The notes below the pieces were generated by a model. That model did no database searches and was not told where the DNA came from. It saw nothing but the letters and a program-made list of their open reading frames with translations. A DNA stretch of 34,722 nucleotides. It comes from an uncultured Desulfovibrio sp. Its GTDB lineage: Bacteria; Desulfobacterota; Desulfovibrionia; Desulfovibrionales; Desulfovibrionaceae. The position numbers were made by a program, and so were the translations under genes. Where the stretch lies: NCBI GenBank assembly GCA_900550745.1, contig URTO01000001.1, positions 1 through 34,722 of the forward strand. Direction: 5' to 3'. Shown piece by piece: positions 16,315 to 26,334 of the stretch (positions within the stretch are counted from its first letter, which is position 1; each line of letters opens with the position of its first letter).

Positions 16315-19300
16315 CTACTTCACCGATCCGATGGCGTCCGCGATGTTGCGGGCGTTGTCCCCCAGAATGCAATCGAAATGGTTTCCGGGAACATCAAAGA
16401 TCGTCACTTCCGAAGCGGGCATGGTTCTCCAGAAGGGCCGGGGATCGGGGATTCCCTGCAGGAGATCGGTTGCGAAGAAATACTTGAGCGTTCCCTTGTA
16501 CGGGGACGGCCTGTACGTCTTCGCCGAGCCCACGGTGGCCTCGAACAGTTTGTATTGGTGCGCGAAGTCCTCCAGCGTCACATCTTCAAGGAGCTTTTTC
16601 GCGGTCACGTAGCGGTAGATCGTCTCTACGCACTCATCCAGGCTCATCGCCATCAGATCGGCCAGCGGAATGGCGTCCGGCACGACGTCGGGCTGCTTCA
16701 GGACGTGGAGGATGGGATCGTCCTCCAACCCCGAATAGATGTTCATCGGCAGGAAGTAGGTGCCGAGATACATGAACAGAAGGCTGAGCTTATGCGAGAA
16801 GGCCGCGCCGGGCGCGCCGGTATCGACGGCCGCGAGGTGCTTCACCTCCACGCCGCGCCGCTGGAGCTGGACGGCCATTTCATAGCCGATCATGCCGCCC
16901 ACGCAGAATCCGACGATGGTCAGCTTCGCCTTCGGACGCACGCGCAGGATTTCCTCGACGAAATACGCCGCGATGTCCTCCACGGTACGCAGGGGCTCCT
17001 CCTTGCCGTCCTTGCCGCGCAGGATGCAGCCGTAAAAATCGGCTTCATCCTTGTAGAGCCGGGCGAAGTCCGCGAACAGTTCAACACGGCTGCGGCCTTC
17101 GGCTATGCCGATGATCACGCTGTCCTTGCCCGATTCCTGAAGCGGCAGCAGGATCTTGTTCTGGTGGCGGGGCCTGTCGATGTATTCGGCCATCTCCAAC
17201 AGGGTGTTGAGCGTATAGAGCTCCTGCACGCCAAGTTCCACCTTGAACGCTTCGTGGATCCGGGTGATGAGGACGGTCGCCAGCAGCGAGTCGCCTCCCA
17301 GCTCAAAGAAGCTGTCGTCGAGGCCGGGGGCCTCGATTTGAAGGATGGAGGCCCACAGATCCGCAAGGCGCTTCTGCGTCTCCGTTTCCGGGGCGCGGGC
17401 GGGCTTGCCGGATCCGGCCTCCACTTCCGGCAGGGGCAGCGCCTGCCGGTCGATCTTGCCGGAGCGGTTGCGCGGCATCACGTCCAGCTCCACGAATACG
17501 GACGGCACCATGTAGCCGGGCACGCGTTCCCGCAGGAAGGCTTCGAGGAGCGACGGCTCGAACTGCCATGCCTCCAGAGGGGCACGGGCGAGGATGACGT
17601 TCTGCTCCGCGCCGTCGACGGTATGGCATTGATGGACGCCGTCGAAACCGGCGAGCTTGAGCTGCTCCTCCCACTGGTCGCCGCTGAGCAGGGGGTGCAG
17701 GGGGCGCAGATCCGTATCCTCAAATACGTCGAAGCCCTGTTGGAGCCCCATGGTCAGGTCGTGTGCCTTGAAGAACAGCGTCTGCTCGATGATGAACAGC
17801 ACGCCTCCGGGCTTGAGCAGGGAACGCAGCCGGGCGAGGCTGGGGGCGATCCGCTTCACGTCATGCAGCACGCTGGCGGCGATGATGACGTCATAGGCGT
17901 GCGGCGCGAATCCTTGGCTCACGATCTCCTCGTCCAGATCGAAGAGGCGGCACGAGAAGAAGGGGGCGTCCTTGAACTTCTCTCCAGCGTTCTGGAGGAA
18001 ATAGCGCGAGATGTCCGTAAAGCAGAAGCTGGAGGTGTTCTCCGGCAACGCCTGCATCACCGCCGTCGTCGCCCCGCCGTGCCCGCCGCCGACTTCCAGA
18101 ATGTCCAGCGGATGATCCTGCGCCATGATGGCGACGGCGTCACGGATGATCTGGTAGGAGTAGTGGAAGACAGCGCCGTAAAGCCCCTTGACCTTGCCGG
18201 AGGCGTAGACCTCGGCGGAGTGCTTGCGCTCCAGCAGCAGATCAACCATGCTTTTCGCCTCGGAGGCGAGGAAGCCGAGGCCCTGCCCGGCGAAACGCGC
18301 CTGTACCTCGCCTGCCTCCGTGAACGCGAACGGCTTCACGAGGCGGAACGCCTCCCCGTCGCGGGCGAGGAACCCGGCTTCTTCAAGGCTGAGCAGCGCC
18401 CGTTTCAGCCAGCGTTCGTACCGGGGGCGGATGCCGGTGATGCGCAGGATTTCGTCGGGGGTATGGCTTTCCCCTTCCCGCCTGTATACGCCGAGCTCGT
18501 ACAGCGAAGCTTGGACGCTGGCTTCGTAGAGCTCACCACCCAGCCCGATATTCTTTTCAAGCCCCTGAAGGCGCGTGTTCTCGGAGATGCCCGCGATGCC
18601 GGCGTCCACCGCAGCCACCCGCTTCCACAGGCCGTCGGCATCCCGCCATTCGACGGGCTTGCGGGTATGCAGGCCGTCGTTGCCCTTGGCCGTGAAATAG
18701 GCGGCAAGGCGGGGGTTCTTCTTGTCCCCAAGCGGCTGGACGACGGCTTCGCGGATGTCGGGATGCTGGAGCATGGCGTGCTCGATCTCACCGAGTTCCA
18801 CGCGGAACCCGTTGATCTTGAGCTGGTTGTCCTCACGCCCGAGCAACACGACGTAGCCTTCGGGATGGAAGTATCCCATGTCGCCGGTACGGTAGAGGCG
18901 TTCCCCAGTGACGGGGTGGACGATGAAGGACTTCTCCGTGTTTTCGGGGTCGTGCCAATACCCGTCGGACAGCCCTACCCCGCCGATGTACAGGTTGCCG
19001 GACACGTAGTCCGGGCACGGCCTGAGCTCGTCGTTGAGGACGTAGAACCGCTGGTTCAGCATGGGATAGCCGTAGGGGATGCTCTCCCATTTCGGATCGA
19101 CCGAGCCGATCGGGTACAGGATTGACCAGATGGAAGCTTCCGTCGCACCACCCAGACTGACGACCTCGGCGTCGTAATGCGCGCGGATCTGATCCGGCAG
19201 ATCCAGCGGCAGCCAGTCGCCGGAAAGCAGGGCCAGCCGCAGCGTCCCCTTCTCCGTTCCCTGAAGGACGCCCTTGTACTCGACGAGCATCTTCATCATG

Positions 19301-21567
19301 GCCGGAACGGTGTTCCAGACGGTCACCCGTTCGCTCTGGACGAGATCGAGCCAGTGCCCCGGCTCCTTGATCTGCGCGGCGTCGGGGAACACGATGGTGC
19401 CGCCTGCGGCCAGCGTCCCGAAGATGTCCCACACGGACAGGTCAAACCCCAGATTGGCGAGCGCGATGGCCCGATCTTCCGGCCCGATATGAAAACGGCT
19501 GTTGATGTCGACAATCGTGTTGACGGCGGCACGATGGCTGATCATGACGCCCTTGGGCGTGCCCGTGGAGCCGGACGTGTAGATGACGTAGGCCAGATCG
19601 GTCTGCGCCTGTACCGGCTTGCGATCCCACAGCCCGGCCCCATTGCCTTCGGGCAGCGCGTCCACGGCGATCAGGGACATTCCCTCCATCCATTCAAAGT
19701 CCCGCATCAGGCGGAACTGCGTCAGGACGAAGCGCACCCCGGCGTCACGAAGGATGAATTCCATGCGCTGGCGGGGCATGGAGGGATCAAGGGGCAGATA
19801 GGCCGCTCCCGCGTACTGGACGCCAAGCACGGCGACGGCCTGCTCCCATCCCTTTTCCATGACCACGGCCACCAGCTCGTTGGGCTTCACCTGCCCGTCC
19901 AGCTCCTGCGCAAGCGTTGCGACACGCCCCGCAAGCTCCGCATAGGTCAGGCTCATGCCCGGAGCGGCCACCGCCATATGATCCGGGGCGCTGCGCGCGC
20001 TGCGGGCGAACAGCGTATGCAGGTACTCGGAAGAAACCTCTCCCTCCGTGCGGTTGTAGGCTTCACGCTTTTCGATCTGCTCCGCGGGCAGAAGCACGAC
20101 GTCCTTGCGGTTCCAGAGCGATTCGTCGTCCGCCAGACGCTCCAGCAGATCGACGTACGCACCGAGCATGCTTTCCAGATAGCCATCGTAGAAATATTCC
20201 GCGCGCACGTCCCAGTGGATGCGCAGCCACCCGGCGGACTCATAGACCTGATGGTCAAGAAGCAACTGGGGCGTCTGGCTGGAGGTGAACACCTTCTTGA
20301 CCGGATGCCCGTCGAACAGCATCCCTTCGAGGCTGTCCCCGTAGTCGCCGATGAGGAAGGTGCTGGTGAACACCACGGGCAGGTACTGCTGTTCGTTGGC
20401 GGAACGGAAGCGGTTGAGTTCGCGCAGGACGTCCACGCCGCCGAACTGCCGGTTGTCGAGGTCGTTCCACAGGCGGTCGCGGAGGGCGATGGCCCGCTGC
20501 TCAAAGGTCGCGCCGGGATCGTCGCACACCTCAAGAAGCAGCGTGTCGGTAAAGTCGCCGATGACTTCATCGATCTGCGGATGCAGCGGCAGCCGGTTGA
20601 ACAGGGTGAGGTTCAGGCAAAAATCCTTTTCCGAGTTCCAGCGGCGCAGCACCTCGGAGAAGGCGGCGAGCAGGATGCTCGTGGGCGAAAGGCCGATTTT
20701 TGTCCCGTAATCCTTGAGCCTCTTCCATTTTTCCGGGCAAAGCTGGCCGTCCATGGGCTTGCTCACGGGGGCGCCCACGGCGTTCTCGCCCAGCACGGGC
20801 ATACGGGGACCGGGAGCCAGCGTAGGGATACGTTCCCGCCAGTAGGCCTGAGCCTGCTTGTAGGACTCCATATTGCGGCGTTCCGTCAACGAAAGCACAT
20901 AATCGCGGAAGGTCAGCTCCAGCGGCGGCAGTTCCAGATCCGGGTTGTTGTAAAAGTCCTGCACCTGCACCATCATGGTCTGGAAACTCAGCACGTCGGC
21001 GTTCAGCCCTTCCAGGCTGACGTGCATGCGGTACGTGTGCTCGTCGATCCGGGACAGATAGATGTCATACATGGGCCAGACGTCCACGGGCTTGATCTTC
21101 TGGCGCAGCTCCTCGCGGATTTCGCCGAGAATTTCCTGTTTCCGCTCCTCGGTTTCGCCGCGCAGGTCGAAATACCTGACCTCGAAGGGCGGCGTGTGCT
21201 CCAGAACCATCTGCTGGCCGGTCTTGAAGATGACGCTGCGCATCATGTCGTGGCGTTCGACGAACTTGCGCCATGCGTTCTGGTAGCGCTCAAAGTCGAG
21301 ATCCACCGTGTCCATCTCAAAATAGACGTGGCTCGATACGTTGCTCGCCCCCAGCGAGGCGTTGTCGCGGCCGATCATGTAGGCGAGCTGGATGTCCGTC
21401 AGCGGAAACGGTTTGTATCGATCCTCCGGCCGCAGCGTGATGACAGGCTTTTTCTCCACGTTCCTGTCGATGGCGAAATCATCCTTCTCCAGAAACAGTG
21501 CCAGAAGGGATTCCTGCTCTTCGGAGAGGCTGCCGCCTCCGGGGAGCAATGAGGCGTCGTGCAACAT
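16315..21567 (-). CDS. NRPS2: Cy-A(Cys)[MT insert]-PCP-TE, PchF-like terminal module
   Basis: FPLTDIQLAY (Cy), YTSGSTGTPKG (A3), hand-read code DLWNLSLI, SAM motif LEVGGGHG inserted between A8 and A9, FFELGGDSL (PCP), TE GFCVGG...GNHF. Confidence 0.92.
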   Translation of the reverse strand: MLHDASLLPGGGSLSEEQESLLALFLEKDDFAIDRNVEKKPVITLRPEDRYKPFPLTDIQLAYMIGRDNASLGASNVSSHVYFEMDTVDLDFERYQNAWRKFVERHDMMRSVIFKTGQQMVLEHTPPFEVRYFDLRGETEERKQEILGEIREELRQKIKPVDVWPMYDIYLSRIDEHTYRMHVSLEGLNADVLSFQTMMVQVQDFYNNPDLELPPLELTFRDYVLSLTERRNMESYKQAQAYWRERIPTLAPGPRMPVLGENAVGAPVSKPMDGQLCPEKWKRLKDYGTKIGLSPTSILLAAFSEVLRRWNSEKDFCLNLTLFNRLPLHPQIDEVIGDFTDTLLLEVCDDPGATFEQRAIALRDRLWNDLDNRQFGGVDVLRELNRFRSANEQQYLPVVFTSTFLIGDYGDSLEGMLFDGHPVKKVFTSSQTPQLLLDHQVYESAGWLRIHWDVRAEYFYDGYLESMLGAYVDLLERLADDESLWNRKDVVLLPAEQIEKREAYNRTEGEVSSEYLHTLFARSARSAPDHMAVAAPGMSLTYAELAGRVATLAQELDGQVKPNELVAVVMEKGWEQAVAVLGVQYAGAAYLPLDPSMPRQRMEFILRDAGVRFVLTQFRLMRDFEWMEGMSLIAVDALPEGNGAGLWDRKPVQAQTDLAYVIYTSGSTGTPKGVMISHRAAVNTIVDINSRFHIGPEDRAIALANLGFDLSVWDIFGTLAAGGTIVFPDAAQIKEPGHWLDLVQSERVTVWNTVPAMMKMLVEYKGVLQGTEKGTLRLALLSGDWLPLDLPDQIRAHYDAEVVSLGGATEASIWSILYPIGSVDPKWESIPYGYPMLNQRFYVLNDELRPCPDYVSGNLYIGGVGLSDGYWHDPENTEKSFIVHPVTGERLYRTGDMGYFHPEGYVVLLGREDNQLKINGFRVELGEIEHAMLQHPDIREAVVQPLGDKKNPRLAAYFTAKGNDGLHTRKPVEWRDADGLWKRVAAVDAGIAGISENTRLQGLEKNIGLGGELYEASVQASLYELGVYRREGESHTPDEILRITGIRPRYERWLKRALLSLEEAGFLARDGEAFRLVKPFAFTEAGEVQARFAGQGLGFLASEAKSMVDLLLERKHSAEVYASGKVKGLYGAVFHYSYQIIRDAVAIMAQDHPLDILEVGGGHGGATTAVMQALPENTSSFCFTDISRYFLQNAGEKFKDAPFFSCRLFDLDEEIVSQGFAPHAYDVIIAASVLHDVKRIAPSLARLRSLLKPGGVLFIIEQTLFFKAHDLTMGLQQGFDVFEDTDLRPLHPLLSGDQWEEQLKLAGFDGVHQCHTVDGAEQNVILARAPLEAWQFEPSLLEAFLRERVPGYMVPSVFVELDVMPRNRSGKIDRQALPLPEVEAGSGKPARAPETETQKRLADLWASILQIEAPGLDDSFFELGGDSLLATVLITRIHEAFKVELGVQELYTLNTLLEMAEYIDRPRHQNKILLPLQESGKDSVIIGIAEGRSRVELFADFARLYKDEADFYGCILRGKDGKEEPLRTVEDIAAYFVEEILRVRPKAKLTIVGFCVGGMIGYEMAVQLQRRGVEVKHLAAVDTGAPGAAFSHKLSLLFMYLGTYFLPMNIYSGLEDDPILHVLKQPDVVPDAIPLADLMAMSLDECVETIYRYVTAKKLLEDVTLEDFAHQYKLFEATVGSAKTYRPSPYKGTLKYFFATDLLQGIPDPRPFWRTMPASEVTIFDVPGNHFDCILGDNARNIADAIGSVK

Positions 21568-21627
21568 GCTTTTTTTCCTTACCTCGTTGATGCGTTGGTT
21601 AAACGAACGGCCTTGACGATCCGGCGG

Positions 21628-24600
21628 CTATCCCTTCCGGGAAAGCATGGCCTTGATCTCATCGGCGGACATCATCTTGATTTTGATGAACAGCTCGGCG
21701 ATTCGGGCCGTCTGTCCGGGCTTCTTTTCCGTGGCGATCAGGAACGCCGCCAGTTTGCCCACTGTGTTCTCCGTCACCAGCGTGCGGATGGGAACCTTGG
21801 TATGGAAGATGCTTTCCAGACGGCTCACCATCGGGATGGCGTGCAGGGAGTCGCCTCCGAGTTCGATGAACGCGTCGTCCACGCCCACGGAGTCGAAGCC
21901 GAGGATTTCCTGCCATACGGCGGCGATCACCCGCTCTACGTCCGTTTCCGGGGCCCGGTAGGGGGTGGCGAGCCGGGGCCGCTTGGCGACCTTGGCCTTG
22001 GCCTGAAACGCCGCGTAATTCTTCAGGACGTTCTTGGCGTTCCGCCGCAGCTCCTCCACGAGGGCGGGGTAATCGGAGGTCGAAACCATGACCTGCGCGT
22101 CGGGGAGCGCGAGGATGCGGCTGATGCATTCCATGCCCTCGGCGGCGAGGATGCCGTGCGCGGCCACGTCTTCGCCCACGGTTTCCATCATCTTCGGCAG
22201 AAGCACCGTCCCGATGCCGATGCCTTCCCAGTAGCCCCAGCCGACCGACACGATCCGGTACGGAAGCCGCCCGTTCATGGCCTGCGCATGGAGATCCATG
22301 AAGCAGCACGCCGCCGCGTAGTCCGTAAAGCCGAGCGGGGCCGTATAGGAGCACAATGAGGAGAACAGCATGAGGAAATCGGGGGCTGTCGCTTCGAGCA
22401 TCTTTTCCAGCACCAGCGTGCCGTGCACCTTGGTGCGGATCACGGCCTGTGCCCGTTCGTCGGTCTGCACCTGGATCATGCTGGAAGAAACCGTCGAGGC
22501 CGCGTGGAACACGCCGTTGATCTCACCGAACCGTTCAAGCACGGCGTCACGGACGGCGAGCATCCGATCCATATCGGCGACATCCGCCGCGAACACGAGG
22601 CATTCCGCGCCCATCGCCTCCAGCGCCCGCACCTTGGCGATGCGTTCCGACACGGCGTCGTCTTCGGGATGGCTTTCCAGCCACGCGTCCCAGCCTTCGC
22701 GGGGCGGGAGCGGCGTCCTTCCGACCAGTACAAGCCGAACGCCCCACCCTTCCACAAGATAGCGGGCAAGCTCGAACGCCACGCCTCCGAAACCGCCGGT
22801 AATCAGGTAGACCCCGCCCCGCCGGATCGCCGCCTTTTCCGCCTCCGGGGCGGCGGGCAGCGGCACATGCGCAAACCGCTGTTCCCAGCGGCTCCGCCCG
22901 CGGTAAGCGACCGTATCCGCGAAGCCCGCCGCATCGATCCTGCCTTCCAGCACGTCGCGCAGCGCGGTCACGTCCCGGATCACGGCATCCAACAGCTCAG
23001 GGTGCGGCGGAATGCCCGGCTTCGGGGCATCGATGTCGATGTTGCGCGACTGGATATTCAGATATTCGTTGGGAATGACGCGGCATGGGCCGAGTACGGG
23101 GGCTTTTTCGGGCGCGAGCGTTTCGTCGCCCGTCACGCCATGCAGACCGCTGGACAGCACGGCGAGGCCCAGCGGACGGCCATCCAGCCCAAGGGACGAC
23201 AAGGCGCGCACCAGATAGACAACGCTCTGGTAGCCGTGCGCGTTCAGGCTGTCGTAGGCTTCGAGCCCGGAACCGTCGCCGCCTCCGGTGAGGCTCCACG
23301 CGTGGATGACGAAATCGGGCTCAAAGCCCTGCGCGCTCAAATCCTGCAGGAGCCGCTTATAGTCCCCCTCTTCTCCGGGGCGGATGAAAAATGTTTCGGC
23401 ATCCTCCTTCCGATAAGCATCCCCGGCCCCGGCCAGCACCGCCTCGTGGCCGATCCCGCGCAGCCGCCGGGCCAACGCCCCGGATACGCCGCAGTGATCC
23501 GCCAGCAGGAGGAAACGCCGCTTCTCGGCGGGCTGCGCCTCAAGCCTCCGCAGATCGAAAGAGCGCCTCCACTGGGGCAGGACGAACCAGCTTCCGATGT
23601 CCTCCCGCTTTTCCATCAACTTGCCCATCATGGATGCGAGGGCGCCGCCCTGTGCGGCCTGCGCGCGAACGTCGGCCCGCTTAGCCCAATGGCTCTGCCT
23701 CTGGAATGGATAGGTCGGAAGGGGAATCCGCCTCCCGCCGTCCCGTTCGCCCGCGTACCAGTCCAGATTCACCCTGTGGAGGAACAGCGCGCCGTAGGCG
23801 GCGCTCAGCGCCTTGCCGTCCTCGATGTCCTGATCCGCGTCGCGCATGGAAAAGACGATGCCCTGCCCGTCCATATCGGCGTGCCGTTTCGCCAGCGTGC
23901 CGAGCACCTTGCCGGGGCCGACCTCAAGCAGCACGGCGTTCTTGTCCTTCAGAATCGCGGCGATGTTCTCGCAAAACCGCACCGGCCTGCGGATATGGGC
24001 CGTCCAATAGTCGGGGCTGGTCGCGTCCTCTTCCGTAATCCACGAACCGGACACGTTGGACAGGAAGGGGATTTGCGGCGCATGCAGCTCGATGGAGGAA
24101 AGAACCGCCCGGAATTCGTCGAGAATGGGCTCCATGAGGGCGCTGTGCCCGGCCCGCGTCGCAGCGACCTTCCGGTAATGGATACGGCGGCCCGCCAGTT
24201 CGCCTTCCAGCGCCGCAATGTCTCCGGGCCTCCCGGAAACCGTGCACAGCTTTTCGGCGTTGACCGCCGCGACGGACAGGCTTCCCCGCAACAGCGGGAC
24301 AACCTTCTCTTCGGGCGCATACAGCAGGAGCATGGCCCCCTCTTCGACCCTATCCATCAACTGCCCGCGCCTTACGGCAACGGCGAGGGCGTCCTTCAGG
24401 GAGAACACGCCCGCAACGACGGCGGCCAGATACTGCCCGAAACTGTGCCCGACGCATCCGGCGGGCCGCACGCCCCAATGCATCCAAAGCCGGGCCAGCG
24501 CGTATTCCGTCGCGAACAGCGAAGCGAAGGCGTAGGTCGGCCCGGCGATCTTCCGTTCCGCCTCGGCCCGCCCCGCTTCGGAAGGATACAGGACGTCGCG

Positions 24601-26304
24601 GATGTCTTCCGAAAGCAGCGGCAGGAGCTGCCCCGCGCATTCGTCAACGGCGGCGCGGTAGACGGGTTCGGTTTCGTAAAGCTCCCGGCCCATGCCCACA
24701 TGCTGCGAACCCGCACCGGGGAACATGAAGTACACATTGCCCGCGGCGGGCGTCTCCCCCGGATCGGCAAGGCGTTCCGTCCAGCGGTGATTCCTCAGCG
24801 AATCAACGAGTTCCGCCGTCGTCCCTGCAATCACGACGCGCCGGGAACCGAACGCCTTCCGTCCCTTTTGCAGGGTATGGGCGACATCCTCCAATGCGGT
24901 TTCGGGATGCTTTTCCAAAAACGCCGCCAGCCGCTCCGCCATATCGTCGAGGGCCCCCTCGGTACGTGCGGAAAGGGGGACAGGATGCCAGCGGCGGCGC
25001 GACCCTGCCTCCCCGCGCACCGGGGCCTCTTCGAGAACCATGTGGCAGTTCGTCCCCCCAAGGCCGAACGAGCTGACGCCCGCCCGGCGCGGCGAGGCTT
25101 CCCACGGCCTCAGTTCCGTATTGACGTAGAACCGGCTGCCTTCAAAGGGAATTTCTGGGTTCGGCCTTTCAAAGTGCAGAATCGGGGTCAGCATTTTCCG
25201 GTCGAGGGAAAGCATGGCGCGGATAAACCCAGCGACGCCCGCGGCGGAATTGAGATGCCCCACGTTGGTCTTGACCGAGCCCAACGCGCACGGCGTCGCC
25301 GCCAAACCGTAAATGCTTTCGAGGGCGCGGAATTCCATCGGATCGCCCATCGGTGTTCCCGTGCCGTGCGTCTCGATGAACGTCACCGTCTCCGGGCCGA
25401 CGCCGGACAGCTCCAACGCCTCACCCAAAACGGCCTCCTGCCCGCGCACGCTCGGGGCCGTGAACCCGACCTTGTCCGCCCCATCGTTGTTCACGGCAAA
25501 GCCGCGAACCACACCGTAAATATGATCGCCGTCCGCAACGGCATCCTCAAGCCGCTTGAGCAGGACGACGCCCGCGCCGTTGCCGTACATCATCCCCGAC
25601 GCCCGGTGGTCAAAGGCGTGGCAGCAGGCGTCGCGCGAGAGCGCACCGTCCTGGCCGGCCAGATAGCCGAGCTTCTCCGGCAGGGAAATGGAAACGCCCC
25701 CGGCGAGGGCCATGTCGCAATGGTAGTCCTGCAACGCCTGGCACGCCGTCGCCACGCCCACCAGCGAACTGGAGCACGCGCTCTGGATGCTGAAGGCTGG
25801 CCCTTTCAGATCGAGCTTGTAGGCGACGCGGGCGGCCGCATAGTCCTTATCGTTGCCGATCAGCTCGTCGAAGAACGGCATCGAATGTTCCGGGAACAGC
25901 ATGTTGTCCGGCTTGAGGTAGCTGCTCGGCGTGATGCTGGCGTAGACCCCGATCGTCAGCCGGGGATCGCCGGGGACATACCCCGCGTCCTCAAGCGCCT
26001 CCCACGCGCATTCCAGAAAGAGGCGCTGCTGGGGATCGATGTTCTCGGCCTCCTTCGGCGTGTAGCCGAAAAACGCCGCGTCGAACTGATCCGCGTTGCC
26101 CAGCACATACCCCTTCTTCACATAGTCTTCCTTGCTCAGAAGCCGTTCGGGGATATGTCCGGCAAGCTCCTCGTCGGTAAACGTCGTGCGGACGTCGGCC
26201 CCCGAAACGAGGTTCTCCCAAAACCGCTCCAGCGTTTCCGCGCCGGGAAAACGCCCGGCCATGCCGATGACGGCGATGTGACCACTTTCCATATCTTCTG
26301 CCAT
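21628..26304 (-). CDS. Type I PKS single module: KS-AT-KR-ACP
   Basis: KS DPQQR / SACSSSL / HGTGT / NVGH; AT GHSFG and RAGH; KR ITGGFGGVA...FSS...DYAAAC; ACP LGGDSL. No DH, ER or MT motifs seen. Confidence 0.93.
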   Translation of the reverse strand: MAEDMESGHIAVIGMAGRFPGAETLERFWENLVSGADVRTTFTDEELAGHIPERLLSKEDYVKKGYVLGNADQFDAAFFGYTPKEAENIDPQQRLFLECAWEALEDAGYVPGDPRLTIGVYASITPSSYLKPDNMLFPEHSMPFFDELIGNDKDYAAARVAYKLDLKGPAFSIQSACSSSLVGVATACQALQDYHCDMALAGGVSISLPEKLGYLAGQDGALSRDACCHAFDHRASGMMYGNGAGVVLLKRLEDAVADGDHIYGVVRGFAVNNDGADKVGFTAPSVRGQEAVLGEALELSGVGPETVTFIETHGTGTPMGDPMEFRALESIYGLAATPCALGSVKTNVGHLNSAAGVAGFIRAMLSLDRKMLTPILHFERPNPEIPFEGSRFYVNTELRPWEASPRRAGVSSFGLGGTNCHMVLEEAPVRGEAGSRRRWHPVPLSARTEGALDDMAERLAAFLEKHPETALEDVAHTLQKGRKAFGSRRVVIAGTTAELVDSLRNHRWTERLADPGETPAAGNVYFMFPGAGSQHVGMGRELYETEPVYRAAVDECAGQLLPLLSEDIRDVLYPSEAGRAEAERKIAGPTYAFASLFATEYALARLWMHWGVRPAGCVGHSFGQYLAAVVAGVFSLKDALAVAVRRGQLMDRVEEGAMLLLYAPEEKVVPLLRGSLSVAAVNAEKLCTVSGRPGDIAALEGELAGRRIHYRKVAATRAGHSALMEPILDEFRAVLSSIELHAPQIPFLSNVSGSWITEEDATSPDYWTAHIRRPVRFCENIAAILKDKNAVLLEVGPGKVLGTLAKRHADMDGQGIVFSMRDADQDIEDGKALSAAYGALFLHRVNLDWYAGERDGGRRIPLPTYPFQRQSHWAKRADVRAQAAQGGALASMMGKLMEKREDIGSWFVLPQWRRSFDLRRLEAQPAEKRRFLLLADHCGVSGALARRLRGIGHEAVLAGAGDAYRKEDAETFFIRPGEEGDYKRLLQDLSAQGFEPDFVIHAWSLTGGGDGSGLEAYDSLNAHGYQSVVYLVRALSSLGLDGRPLGLAVLSSGLHGVTGDETLAPEKAPVLGPCRVIPNEYLNIQSRNIDIDAPKPGIPPHPELLDAVIRDVTALRDVLEGRIDAAGFADTVAYRGRSRWEQRFAHVPLPAAPEAEKAAIRRGGVYLITGGFGGVAFELARYLVEGWGVRLVLVGRTPLPPREGWDAWLESHPEDDAVSERIAKVRALEAMGAECLVFAADVADMDRMLAVRDAVLERFGEINGVFHAASTVSSSMIQVQTDERAQAVIRTKVHGTLVLEKMLEATAPDFLMLFSSLCSYTAPLGFTDYAAACCFMDLHAQAMNGRLPYRIVSVGWGYWEGIGIGTVLLPKMMETVGEDVAAHGILAAEGMECISRILALPDAQVMVSTSDYPALVEELRRNAKNVLKNYAAFQAKAKVAKRPRLATPYRAPETDVERVIAAVWQEILGFDSVGVDDAFIELGGDSLHAIPMVSRLESIFHTKVPIRTLVTENTVGKLAAFLIATEKKPGQTARIAELFIKIKMMSADEIKAMLSRKG

Positions 26305-26334
26305 GACAACCTCTATTCAGGTTCAGCTTTGTGT

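Noticed and set aside
22300..22330. KR YAAAC instead of YAAAN as an inactive KR
   Set aside because: The NADPH-binding motif and the Lys, Ser and Tyr catalytic residues are present, so there is not enough to call it inactive. Activity remains unverified.
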